Part shown: in pieces, positions 35,238 to 43,493 of the stretch | How positions within the stretch are numbered: position 1 is the first letter of the stretch | Layout: each line of letters opens with the position of its first letter | From: an uncultured Gammaproteobacteria bacterium | Lineage (GTDB): Bacteria > Pseudomonadota > Gammaproteobacteria > Chromatiales > Chromatiaceae | Assembly: GCA_963695445.1 (NCBI GenBank) | Contig: CAVOGV010000061.1 | Location: forward strand, 141,715 to 205,714 | Length of the DNA stretch: 64,000 nucleotides | Reading direction: 5' to 3' | Notes under the pieces: model-generated | Told to the model about the DNA's origin: nothing | Databases searched by the model: none | The model's input: only the letters and a program-made list of their open reading frames with translations | Translations under genes and position numbers: made by a program

Positions 35238-35305
35238 AGCGCGGCGCCAGGTTGCTCGACCTATGGGTGTCTTCCAGCGGGCCAGGCGCCCAGGGCCGAG
35301 GGCCG

Positions 35306-35328
35306 CTTGCGCAGGGCGACTGCGCAAG
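35306..35328. terminator. 9-bp perfect inverted repeat downstream of SDR
   Basis: CTTGCGCAG-GGCGA-CTGCGCAAG; no clear U-tract. Confidence 0.35.
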
Positions 35329-35365
35329 GTTGGCCACAGGACCACGGCGCTCGAACCTTGGCTCC

Positions 35366-35422
35366 GCAAACACGTTGTCGCTGCGAAACTTGACGCATCT
35401 GCAAGCATTTCGCGCCCTCAAG
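35366..35422. promoter_or_regulatory. 57-bp conserved element, copy A (putative operator/UAS)
   Basis: Ungapped 39/57 identity to 40471-40527 by manual alignment. Confidence 0.55.
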
Positions 35423-35477
35423 CACTCTAGTTAGGCGATTCCGTCGCGATCGACCGATGCCAAGGCGGTAAGGCTGC

Positions 35478-35486
35478 TGCTAGAAT
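35478..35486 (+). promoter_or_regulatory. Extended -10 element upstream of Rap1a-like gene
   Basis: TGCTAGAAT (TGn-TAGAAT). Confidence 0.4.
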
Positions 35487-35583
35487 CGGGGCGACGGATC
35501 GCGGGGACGCGACCGTACAAGCACGAGCGCCAGGTCGACTTAAAGCCTGCCGCCGACTCATCATCACGACGAGGATTTCATCA

Positions 35584-35982
35584 ATGCGAGTCAGTTTATC
35601 GGTTCCTTCCAGTCTGATTGCCGGCGCCCTCGGGCTGGCCCTGTCCGGGGCGCTCCTCGCGGCCCAGGATGAGGACTTTAATTTTGACACGACCGAAGAC
35701 CTGTACCAGGTGTGCTCGACTGCACCGGAGGACCCGGAAAACATTCCGGCGACCTTTGCCTGCCGTGCCTTCATCGAGGCGACCATGCAATATCACGACG
35801 CGGTCAGCGATCGCAAAAAGATGAAGCGCCTGGTGTGTTATCCGAGCAACGCCACCATCGCAGATGGGCGTCAAGCATTCTTGACTTGGGCGAAGGCCAA
35901 TTCCGGCAACGAGTCCCTGATGGGTGAGTTACCGGTGGTCGGTCTGGTGCGCGCGCTGGCAGCCAAGTATCCCTGCAAGTGA
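35584..35982 (+). CDS. Rap1a/Tai-family immunity-like secreted protein
   Basis: Signal peptide; DLYQVC..ACRAFI..D..VCYP..F.TW..LVRALAAKYPC four-Cys pattern. Confidence 0.75.
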   Translation: MRVSLSVPSSLIAGALGLALSGALLAAQDEDFNFDTTEDLYQVCSTAPEDPENIPATFACRAFIEATMQYHDAVSDRKKMKRLVCYPSNATIADGRQAFLTWAKANSGNESLMGELPVVGLVRALAAKYPCK

Positions 35983-36062
35983 GCACTCCGGCACTGGCCG
36001 AACTATCCTTAGATCTACGGTGCCCGGCGGTTTCACGCGGGTACGCAGCAGGAGCAATCCAG

Positions 36063-36293
36063 ATGAGAAAGATCGCGATCTGTCTGACACTGATCGGCAG
36101 CCTAGTCGCATTGACGGCTTGCGGCACCACGACCGGAGAGCGTGCCGGCAGTGGCGCGCTCATGGGCGCGGCCGGCGGTGCCCTGATTGGCTCGCTGAGC
36201 GCCGATGCAGGCGCTGGGGCCCTGATCGGCGCCGGTGTCGGTGCGCTCGGTGGCTACCTGGTCGACCAGCACCAGAAGGGCAATATCGACTGA
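36063..36293 (+). CDS. Glycine-zipper lipoprotein 1
   Basis: Lipobox LTAC; GALMGAAGGALIG..GALIGAGVGALGGY; AGGAG RBS. Confidence 0.85.
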   Translation: MRKIAICLTLIGSLVALTACGTTTGERAGSGALMGAAGGALIGSLSADAGAGALIGAGVGALGGYLVDQHQKGNID

Positions 36294-36319
36294 CGCGTTG
36301 GGGCTTGCCGGCTCTTGCT

Positions 36320-36347
36320 AGAGGGCCTCGTGATAGCGGGGCTCTTT
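36320..36347 (+). terminator. Possible terminator hairpin between the two lipoprotein genes
   Basis: AGAGGGCCTCG-TGATAG-CGGGGCTCTTT, 11-bp stem with G-U pairs. Confidence 0.45.
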
Positions 36348-36382
36348 GCTAATCGTGTCGGTCAATCTTCGTAGCTAAGATC

Positions 36383-36619
36383 ATGAAAATAATCGCGTTG
36401 ACCACGGTGATTCTGACGGCCGCGATGCTGGCCGGCTGCGGTGGCACCACTGCCTCGCGGACGGCAACTGGGGCTGCTGCTGGCGCGGCAACCGGAGCTG
36501 CCATCGGTTCGGCGTCCGCAGATGCCGGCAAAGGGGCCTTGATCGGCGCGGGTGTCGGCGCCCTCGGTGGCTACATGTATGACCAGCACGAAAAGGAGAA
36601 GGAGCGGACCGGCAACTAG
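36383..36619 (+). CDS. Glycine-zipper lipoprotein 2 (paralog)
   Basis: Lipobox LAGC; ADAGKGALIGAGVGALGGYMYDQH nearly identical to paralog 1. Confidence 0.85.
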   Translation: MKIIALTTVILTAAMLAGCGGTTASRTATGAAAGAATGAAIGSASADAGKGALIGAGVGALGGYMYDQHEKEKERTGN

Positions 36620-36670
36620 TCTTCTCGCTGGACTCTGCTGGCCATTGTCCCCAACTCCCTTATCAGACTG

Positions 36671-36695
36671 AGACGCCGCGCCTGTCGCGGCGTCT
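36671..36695. terminator. 10-bp perfect hairpin
   Basis: AGACGCCGCG-CCTGT-CGCGGCGTCT. Confidence 0.45.
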
Positions 36696-36750
36696 GCTTG
36701 ACTAAGGCATTGGCAACTGTGGCAACGCGCATGCCGACGAGGAGGCGGTC

Positions 36751-38013
36751 ATGATCGAGCATTACCTCGCCGAGCTGTGGCAGGTCCTGACGGATCTGTC
36801 GCCGTCGTTGTTGCTAGGTCTTTTTATCGCCGGCCTGATTCATGTCTATCTGCCGCCGGGCCTGATCCATCGCGGCCTGAATCAGCCGAACATGGCAAGT
36901 GTCACTCGCGCATCCCTGCTCGGGGTGCCGTTGCCGTTGTGCTCCTGCGGCGTCATCCCGACCGCGCTCGGGTTGCGCAAGGAGGGCGCATCGCCGGGCG
37001 CCACGACCGCCTTCATGATCAGCACGCCGCAGACCGGTGTCGATTCCATCCTCGTCAGCGCGGCGTTTTTGGGCTGGCCGTTCGCGTTGTTCAAGCTGGT
37101 CGCCGCCTTCGTTACCGGGCTAGCCGGTGGCGCCCTCGTCAACCGTTTGGTGCCTCCCGATCCACAGCCGGCGGGTGCGCCGGCGTCCACGTCGCCTGAG
37201 GCTCTGCGCGAACACGGGCTGATGGGCGCGCTGCGCTATGCGTTGTTCGATCTGCTCGCCGCCCTTGATCTATGGCTGATCGGCGGTGTGTTAGCCGCCG
37301 CGCTGGTGACTACGCTGACGCCGCCGGATTTTTTCGCGGGACAGGTCTGGGCGCAGGGACTCGTTGGAATGGTCGTGGTGCTGGCGATCTCGCTGCCACT
37401 GTACGTCTGCACGACGGCGTCGGTGCCGATCGCTGCATCGCTGATCGTCGCCGGCATGCCGGCCGGCTCGGCGCTGGTGTTCCTGATGGCCGGTCCAGCT
37501 ACCAATGTCGCTACCATCGGTGCCGTGTACCGCACCCTCGGCGCGCGGGTGCTCGCCCTCTACCTCGGTACCGTCGTGGTCATGAGCCTGCTGTTCGGCG
37601 TGGCCTTCGAGCAGTTGCTGGCCGTCTCCGCGGCGGAGGCCTCGGCGCATGCCCACGGTACCGACTGGATCTCCTTGCTGTCGACGTTCGTGTTGCTCGC
37701 GTTGCTTGCGTTGCTGTCGGTCCGGCGTTTGCGCGCGCGCCTGGCGTCGCCGATGCCGCTCACCGACGGCACGGTTCTGTTGGAGGTAGACGGCATGTCG
37801 TGTCAGCATTGCGTTGGCAGCGTCAAGCGCTCACTGGAGGCGCTCGAAGCCGTGGTTGAGGCACAGCCGGAGCTGAGTTCGGGTCTGGTCAGCGTCAGGG
37901 GTGGCAGGCTTGATGCCAGTGCCTTGATTCGCGCAGTGGAACAGGCGGGATTTTCGGTGACATCGGTCGACGGCGCCAGCGCGCGTGTTGACGCTCATCG
38001 GTCCATGGACTAG
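36751..38013 (+). CDS. ArsP/DUF318 (SO_0444-type) permease with C-terminal HMA domain
   Basis: PLPLCSCGVIP, STPQTGVDS, PLYVCTTASVP, GPATN; GMSCQHC. Confidence 0.88.
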   Translation: MIEHYLAELWQVLTDLSPSLLLGLFIAGLIHVYLPPGLIHRGLNQPNMASVTRASLLGVPLPLCSCGVIPTALGLRKEGASPGATTAFMISTPQTGVDSILVSAAFLGWPFALFKLVAAFVTGLAGGALVNRLVPPDPQPAGAPASTSPEALREHGLMGALRYALFDLLAALDLWLIGGVLAAALVTTLTPPDFFAGQVWAQGLVGMVVVLAISLPLYVCTTASVPIAASLIVAGMPAGSALVFLMAGPATNVATIGAVYRTLGARVLALYLGTVVVMSLLFGVAFEQLLAVSAAEASAHAHGTDWISLLSTFVLLALLALLSVRRLRARLASPMPLTDGTVLLEVDGMSCQHCVGSVKRSLEALEAVVEAQPELSSGLVSVRGGRLDASALIRAVEQAGFSVTSVDGASARVDAHRSMD

Positions 38014-38409
38014 ATTCTGCTTTGAATTGAGTGTGTGCAGCCACTGTAGGTTACCGATCCAGCTCCGGAAATTTGAAAGCCGCCAATTCCGCTCCGGGGT
38101 GAACTCCGGGGCCGTCTCGCTGGAGTGGTCATCTGCCGGCACTGACTGCAGCGCCAGCATCGAGTCCTACCCAGCCCGCCTCGACCTTGTATCGAGCCTT
38201 GCCACGGCCCCACTCCCAGGTTCCAGACTCCCCTGCGGCGTTGGGCTGCCCTCGTGATGAGCGGATGCGCTGCGCGCCGAAGGCCCGTTCCCCGTGGGCG
38301 GTCCGGCAGGGATACGACACCGCCGTGTCGTTCGCCGTTCGTCGATTTGTGCGTTGATCGACCTGCGGCGTCGGCGTGCTCAATGCACGAACCTTCTCGA
38401 GAGTGAGCG

Positions 38410-38676
38410 ATGAGGATTTACGTAGGCAATCTGAAATATTCCGTAACCGATGACGATTTGCGCGCGATGTTCAGCGACTTCGGCGAGGTGGCGACCGCGG
38501 ACGTCATCAAGGACAAATTCTCCGGGCAGTCCAAGGGCTTTGGGTTTGTCGACATGCCCAACAACGCCGACGCCGAGGATGCCATCAAGGCCCTGAACGA
38601 GACCATGCAGGACGGCCGCAAGCTGACGGTCAACGAGGCCCGCCCTCGCAACGAGCGCCCGGCCAGACGATTCTGA
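38410..38676 (+). CDS. Single-RRM RNA-binding protein
   Basis: RNP2 IYVGNL, RNP1 KGFGFV, GRKLTVNEARP. Confidence 0.96.
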   Translation: MRIYVGNLKYSVTDDDLRAMFSDFGEVATADVIKDKFSGQSKGFGFVDMPNNADAEDAIKALNETMQDGRKLTVNEARPRNERPARRF

Positions 38677-38691
38677 CCATCGCCGTTTCTC

Positions 38692-38739
38692 CCCGGCGCA
38701 CGCGCCTTCCCCATCAGGTGATCAGCGCGTGCCGCCGGG
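38692..38739. terminator. Hairpin between convergent RRM gene and ubiD
   Basis: CCCGGCGCACGCGC...GCGCGTGCCGCCGGG. Confidence 0.5.
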
Positions 38740-38770
38740 CGCGCTGACCAATCGGTGTCCAGACTAACGG

Positions 38771-40240
38771 TTAGTCGTCTAAACCCAGCTCAGGCCAAAG
38801 CGCGTCCACGCGTGCCCTGACCTCGTCGTCCATGCGGATCGCCTGGCCCCATTCGCGGTTGGTCTCGCCGGGCCATTTGTTGGTGGCATCGAAGCCGATC
38901 TTGGAGCCGAGTCCGGAGACCGGTGATGCAAAATCCAGATAGTCGATCGGCGTGTTCTCCACCATCACGGTGTCGCGCACGGGGTCCATGCGCGTGGTCA
39001 TGGCCCAGATCACGTCTTTCCAGTCGCGGGTGCAGATGTCCTCGTCGACGACGATGACGAACTTTGTGTACATGAACTGCCGCAGGAACGACCAGACCCC
39101 CATCATCACGCGCTTGGCGTGGCCGGGATACTGTTTCTTCATGCTGACTACCGCCAACCGGTAGGAGCAGCCCTCCGGGGGCAGATAGAAGTCGACGATC
39201 TCCGGGAATTGCTTTTGCAGGATCGGCACGAAGACCTCGTTCAGCGCCACGCCGAGGATGGCGGGTTCATCGGGCGGACGGCCCGTGTAAGTGCTGTGGT
39301 AGATCGGCTCCGGCCGGTGCGTGATGCGGTCGATCGTGAACACCGGAAAGCTGTCGACCTCGTTGTAATAGCCGGTGTGGTCGCCGAAGGGGCCCTCCAG
39401 CGCCGTATCGCCCGGATGCAGATGCCCCTCAAGGACCAACTCGGCGCTAGCGGGCACCTGTAGCTCGCTTCCCAGGCAGGCCGCGAGCTCGGTGCGGCTG
39501 CCTCGCAGCAGGCCGGCAAAGGCATATTCCGACAAGCTGTCCGGCACCGGGGTGACGGCACCCAGGATGGTCGCCGGGTCCGCGCCAAGTGCCACCGCGA
39601 CCGGGAACGGTTTGTCCGGGTACTTGCGCTGCCAGTCGCGATAGTCCAATGCGCCGCCGCGGTGTGCTAGCCAGCGCATGATCACGCGGTTCTTGCCGAT
39701 GACCTGCATCCGGTAGATGCCCAGGTTCTGGCGCGACTTCTCTGGTCCGCGTGTAACGACCAGTCCCCAGGTAATCAAGGGCGCTGCATCGCCGGGCCAG
39801 CAGTGCTGGATTGGCAGTCTGCCGAGGTCCACGTCGTCGCCGTCGAGCACGACCTCCTGACACGGCGGATGGCGGCGCACCTTCGGCGCCATGTCGAGCA
39901 CCTTTTTGAAGATCGGCAGCGACCGCCACGCCTCCTTCATGCCCTTGGGTGGGTCCGGTTCCTTCAGAAATGCGAGCAGCTGACCTACCTCGCGCAGGGC
40001 CTCTACCGATTCCTCTCCCATGCCCAGCGCGACCCGCGTCGGCGTGCCGAACAGATTACCCAGCAGCGGCATGCGCGAGCCCTTTGGCTGCTCGAACAGC
40101 AGCGCCGGGCCGCCCGATCGCAGGGTTCGGTCGCAGATCTCCGTGACCTCAAGATGCGGGTCCACTGGCACGCGGATGCGCTTGAGTTCCCCGCGCTGTT
40201 CGAGTTGTTCGATGAAGTCCCGCAGATCTCTGTATTTCAT
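38771..40240 (-). CDS. ubiD: 3-octaprenyl-4-hydroxybenzoate decarboxylase
   Basis: [41 protein letters not shown]. Confidence 0.98.
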   Translation of the reverse strand: MKYRDLRDFIEQLEQRGELKRIRVPVDPHLEVTEICDRTLRSGGPALLFEQPKGSRMPLLGNLFGTPTRVALGMGEESVEALREVGQLLAFLKEPDPPKGMKEAWRSLPIFKKVLDMAPKVRRHPPCQEVVLDGDDVDLGRLPIQHCWPGDAAPLITWGLVVTRGPEKSRQNLGIYRMQVIGKNRVIMRWLAHRGGALDYRDWQRKYPDKPFPVAVALGADPATILGAVTPVPDSLSEYAFAGLLRGSRTELAACLGSELQVPASAELVLEGHLHPGDTALEGPFGDHTGYYNEVDSFPVFTIDRITHRPEPIYHSTYTGRPPDEPAILGVALNEVFVPILQKQFPEIVDFYLPPEGCSYRLAVVSMKKQYPGHAKRVMMGVWSFLRQFMYTKFVIVVDEDICTRDWKDVIWAMTTRMDPVRDTVMVENTPIDYLDFASPVSGLGSKIGFDATNKWPGETNREWGQAIRMDDEVRARVDALWPELGLDD

Positions 40241-40470
40241 GCCTTTACGACGTTAGCGATCGGTTTGTTGCGTCACTCTGGCCAGCGCCTGTCGGCAGCT
40301 GACCAGGTTGGAAAAATTGCCCGCGCGGCAACCGACGAGCGCAAGCGCCGCATTGCTCGAACCGTGCGCTGCTTGAGGTGGGGCGAGCGCCCAATGCGTG
40401 CGGAGGCGGAGCGCCACTGTACAGCACGGCGGCGCAATTTTGGCCCTTGGCTCCCGTGGTCCTGTCTTTG

Positions 40471-40527
40471 GCAAGAGTATTGACGCCCTGGAGCTTGACG
40501 CATCCGAAACGATTGAGCGCCGTCAAG
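40471..40527. promoter_or_regulatory. 57-bp conserved element, copy B (putative UAS)
   Basis: GCAA-N5-TTGACGC-N7-CTTGACGCATC-N12-GCGCCGTCAAG, same spacing as copy A. Confidence 0.55.
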
Positions 40528-40548
40528 AAGCCACGCGAGCGAGGAGAA

Positions 40549-40564
40549 TTGGCGTAAGTCTTGC
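40549..40564 (+). promoter_or_regulatory. Sigma54 (-24/-12) promoter
   Basis: TTGGCGTAAGTCTTGC: GG-N10-GC with TGGC and TTGC cores. Confidence 0.65.
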
Positions 40565-40801
40565 GCAAAGACCAAATGAGCAGTCGATGGCAATGATGGT
40601 CGCGACGACGGGATAGGCCGCGCGCCCTGACCGTTTCGCTGACCTTCAACGACTCGCCCGCAGGTTTGGTGTCGTCCGCTGCAACGTGTGGCTTTACTTG
40701 GCGATATCCATTTTTGACGAACGACATGATCGGTGCGGTCTCCGATGGTCCGGTTCGCGGGATCGAGATCCCGTCTCGGGGTCCGACGACGAGGTGGCAT
40801 C

Positions 40802-41812
40802 ATGGCATTGCACGCTGGAGAGATCTGGCTCCTGTGGGACGACGCGGCGCAGTTCGGAATGGATGCGCACGTTGTCTCCCTCGCGGATGCGTTACGCGTG
40901 CGGGGAATCTACGCACGCATCCTTTGTCTCGGCAAGACGACGTTACTGCTGCGGGACCAGGCGACAAGCCGCGGCATCGCGCTCAATTGCATCGCTGCTG
41001 ACGCGTTGGCGCTGTGGCGCACCGCGACGACGTCTCGACCAAGACTGATGCATACCCACGGCGCGAGGGCGAGTACGCTTGGCAGACTGACAGGTGTGCT
41101 GCTGGGAATCCCTGTGGTATCAACGCTTCGAGGCCGAACGCGACCGACGCGCCGCCGGCCTCTACAGCCTGTTTGATCGCCTCAGTCAGGCGCCTGTCTC
41201 GCGGCCTGATTGCACTGCACGAGCCCTTCGGCGCACGGCCGCCGAACCGGGCACGCCTGATCAACCCCTTTGTCGCCTTGGGTAGGCGCCCAGCCCGGCT
41301 GTCCCGAGTCGTCGCGCAGATCGCTCGGCCGGACCGAGGACGATGCCTGGAGTCGTTCTGCCGCCTGTCCGCGATGCTCCCGCCGATGGAGTTTGCGATC
41401 TACTGCACAGAGACCGAACAGACCGTTTGCGCCGCGGAGCAAGCGCAAGTGCGCCTGGTCGATGTGTCCGGCAGCGGCGTCATCCCTTGGGCCGAGATCG
41501 GTCTGCTCTGTCTCACGACGGGTGATGCCACTGACTACGCGCATGCATTGCAGGCGATGGCTCACGGTGTGCCCGTGATCGCGTTCGCGCTGGGACCGGT
41601 GCAGCGGCTGGTGGCGGATGGCAGAAAGTGGTTGGCTGGTCCGCTCGGGAAACCTCGCGGCCATGGCACATCGCATCAATTGCTGGGAGGTCCAAGGTGA
41701 TGAGGCGCGCCGATTGGTATCCGACCAGGCCCGGCGGGCCATCGCTGAGCGCTTTTCGTCGCAAACGGTATTGGCCGCGGTGCTTGGCGTCTATGCCAGC
41801 GCGGGTGTCTGA
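40802..41812 (+). CDS. GT4-like protein with degenerate catalytic motifs; three +1 frame breaks (~41125, ~41190, ~41625)
   Basis: Stitched from ORFs 40733, 41094, 41014 and 41618: MHTHG, GIPVVST, ALQAMAHGVPVIAF, GWLV, AIAERFS. Confidence 0.75.
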
Positions 41813-41850
41813 GGGCCAGGAGTCGAGTATTCGCGTTACCGTTCACACGA

Positions 41851-41885
41851 TTTCCGCCAACAGGCAAGCGAGGCGATGCCTCAGA
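41851..41885 (+). repeat. Dispersed small repeat, copy 2
   Basis: TTTCCGCCAACAGGCAAGCGAGGCGATGCCTCAGA versus 35195-35229. Confidence 0.75.
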
Positions 41886-42116
41886 GCAGCTAGAGGACGC
41901 CGCCCTCTACTCCTTATCAATAGCTGACTACTGCGCAACCTGTGCGGTCCGAATTTCGTTCGCGAAATGCGAAGCAGGCTGCGAATCCGGTCGCAGTCGT
42001 AACTCCAAGACGGAACACGATTGCCGAAACGTTAACGAATCGCCAGTTTCACGAGCCCCGCGTGTCTACAGTGCCCAATGAAGGCGTGGAATCGTCTCGG
42101 CAGGGTGGAAAGGCTC

Positions 42117-43351
42117 ATGGGTTCAGATCTGATCGTGGTTGCCGGAGGGGCTCGTGGCCTTCCGGGGCCCGTTCATCAGCTGATGCTGCGGCTGTTGCTC
42201 GATCGCCAGATCCTGTGGGTCGATGCCGATGCCTTCTTTCCCCCTTCCCTGTTGATCCGTCACGCCGACAAGCGCTCCGGCGAGCCCGGTGAACACCTCC
42301 TGTGCACCAGTTGACGGTGCACCGATGCTGTCGGCCAAGTCCCCGTTTCCGATACTCACCTCGTCCGTTGTCGATACGGACGGGATCGATCGGGCGGGCT
42401 TCGTCAGGTCGCTGGTGCTGAGTCGCCGAATTCAGCGTGCGGCGGCGGTGCTCGGACTGCATCGGCCGATGCTTTGGCTGGCATCGCCGTGGGCCCTTGG
42501 GCTAGCGGAATTATTCGCCGGTCCCGCCCTGGTGTACCAGCACGTGCCGGTCGCGCGGTCCGCCATCGAGGCGGGTAAGGCAAGGCCCGGGGATGCAGAT
42601 GTCCAGGCTGCAGCGATCAGGTCCACGGAGGCCGCACGACAGGAAGCAGCCATCGCCCTGCGCGCTGATCTGATCCTCGCCCCGACCGTCGAAAGCGCCG
42701 CACGCTTCGATCAGCAAAAGACCCGACTGCTTGCCAACGGCGTCGACACCGACCTGTTCGCGACGCCGGCGCAGCGGGCGTTGGATATGCCCTGGGACCG
42801 GCCGGTGGCCGGTTTCCATGGCTACATCGACGAGCGCTTCGATACCGAAGTTGTCTCCGAGTTGGCGGGTCAGTTTGCCACAATGGCACTTCATGCTGAT
42901 CGGGCCGGTGTCGACTGATGTATCCCGGTTGCAGGCCATGGACAATGTCACGCTGACCGGCTGCCTACCCCATGAGGAACTGCCCCGCTATTCGCAATAT
43001 TGGACCGCAGCCATCATGCCGTTCCGCGCCGGAGCGCCGCCGATGCTGGACGCCCCATTACAACTCGGAGAGTACCTGGCCGCCGGTCTGCCGGTCGTCG
43101 GTTCCGGTGAGCAGAACGTTGGCCGCTACTCCGATCTGGTGAGCCACGCCGACAGCGCACCCGCGTTGGCGCAAGCGCTGCAGGCTTGCGCCGAGGAACC
43201 GCCGTCGTGTCGCGCGTTGCGCCAAGCACGCCTATTGGTCGATGCCTGGACGATCCGCGCCGGATTCGTCAATCGCCTGCTGGATAAGCTCGAGGCCCGC
43301 GAGCGCTTGCCGGGCAGTGCCTATGATCAGGTCGAGGCATGGAAACTGTAA
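42117..43351 (+). CDS. Second GT-B/GT4-like protein, divergent; two +1 frame breaks (~42290, ~42875)
   Basis: ADLILA, LLANGVDTDLF, PVAGFHG, NVTLTG, EYLAAGLPVV across ORFs 42078, 42289 and 42731. Confidence 0.78.
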
Positions 43352-43426
43352 AGGCAGTTTTCACGACGATCGCGCGGCTTAGGCGGACCGTTCCCGGTCG
43401 GCGGAGTCGTAACCAGTGTTGCGCAA

Positions 43427-43442
43427 TGGCCTACCTGCTGCT
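43427..43442 (+). promoter_or_regulatory. Possible sigma54 promoter of the kinase
   Basis: TGGCCTACCTGCTGCT, GG-N10-GC, ~50 nt before the ATG. Confidence 0.35.
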
Positions 43443-43493
43443 TCGGCTTGTGGCACTTTCGGTCGGCCCGAATCGCCGCGCTGCCAGCCTGCC

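Noticed and set aside
42087-42101. Sigma54 promoter for GT-like gene 2 (TGGAATCGTCTCGGC)
   Set aside because: GG-N10-GC spacing only; both cores deviate from consensus
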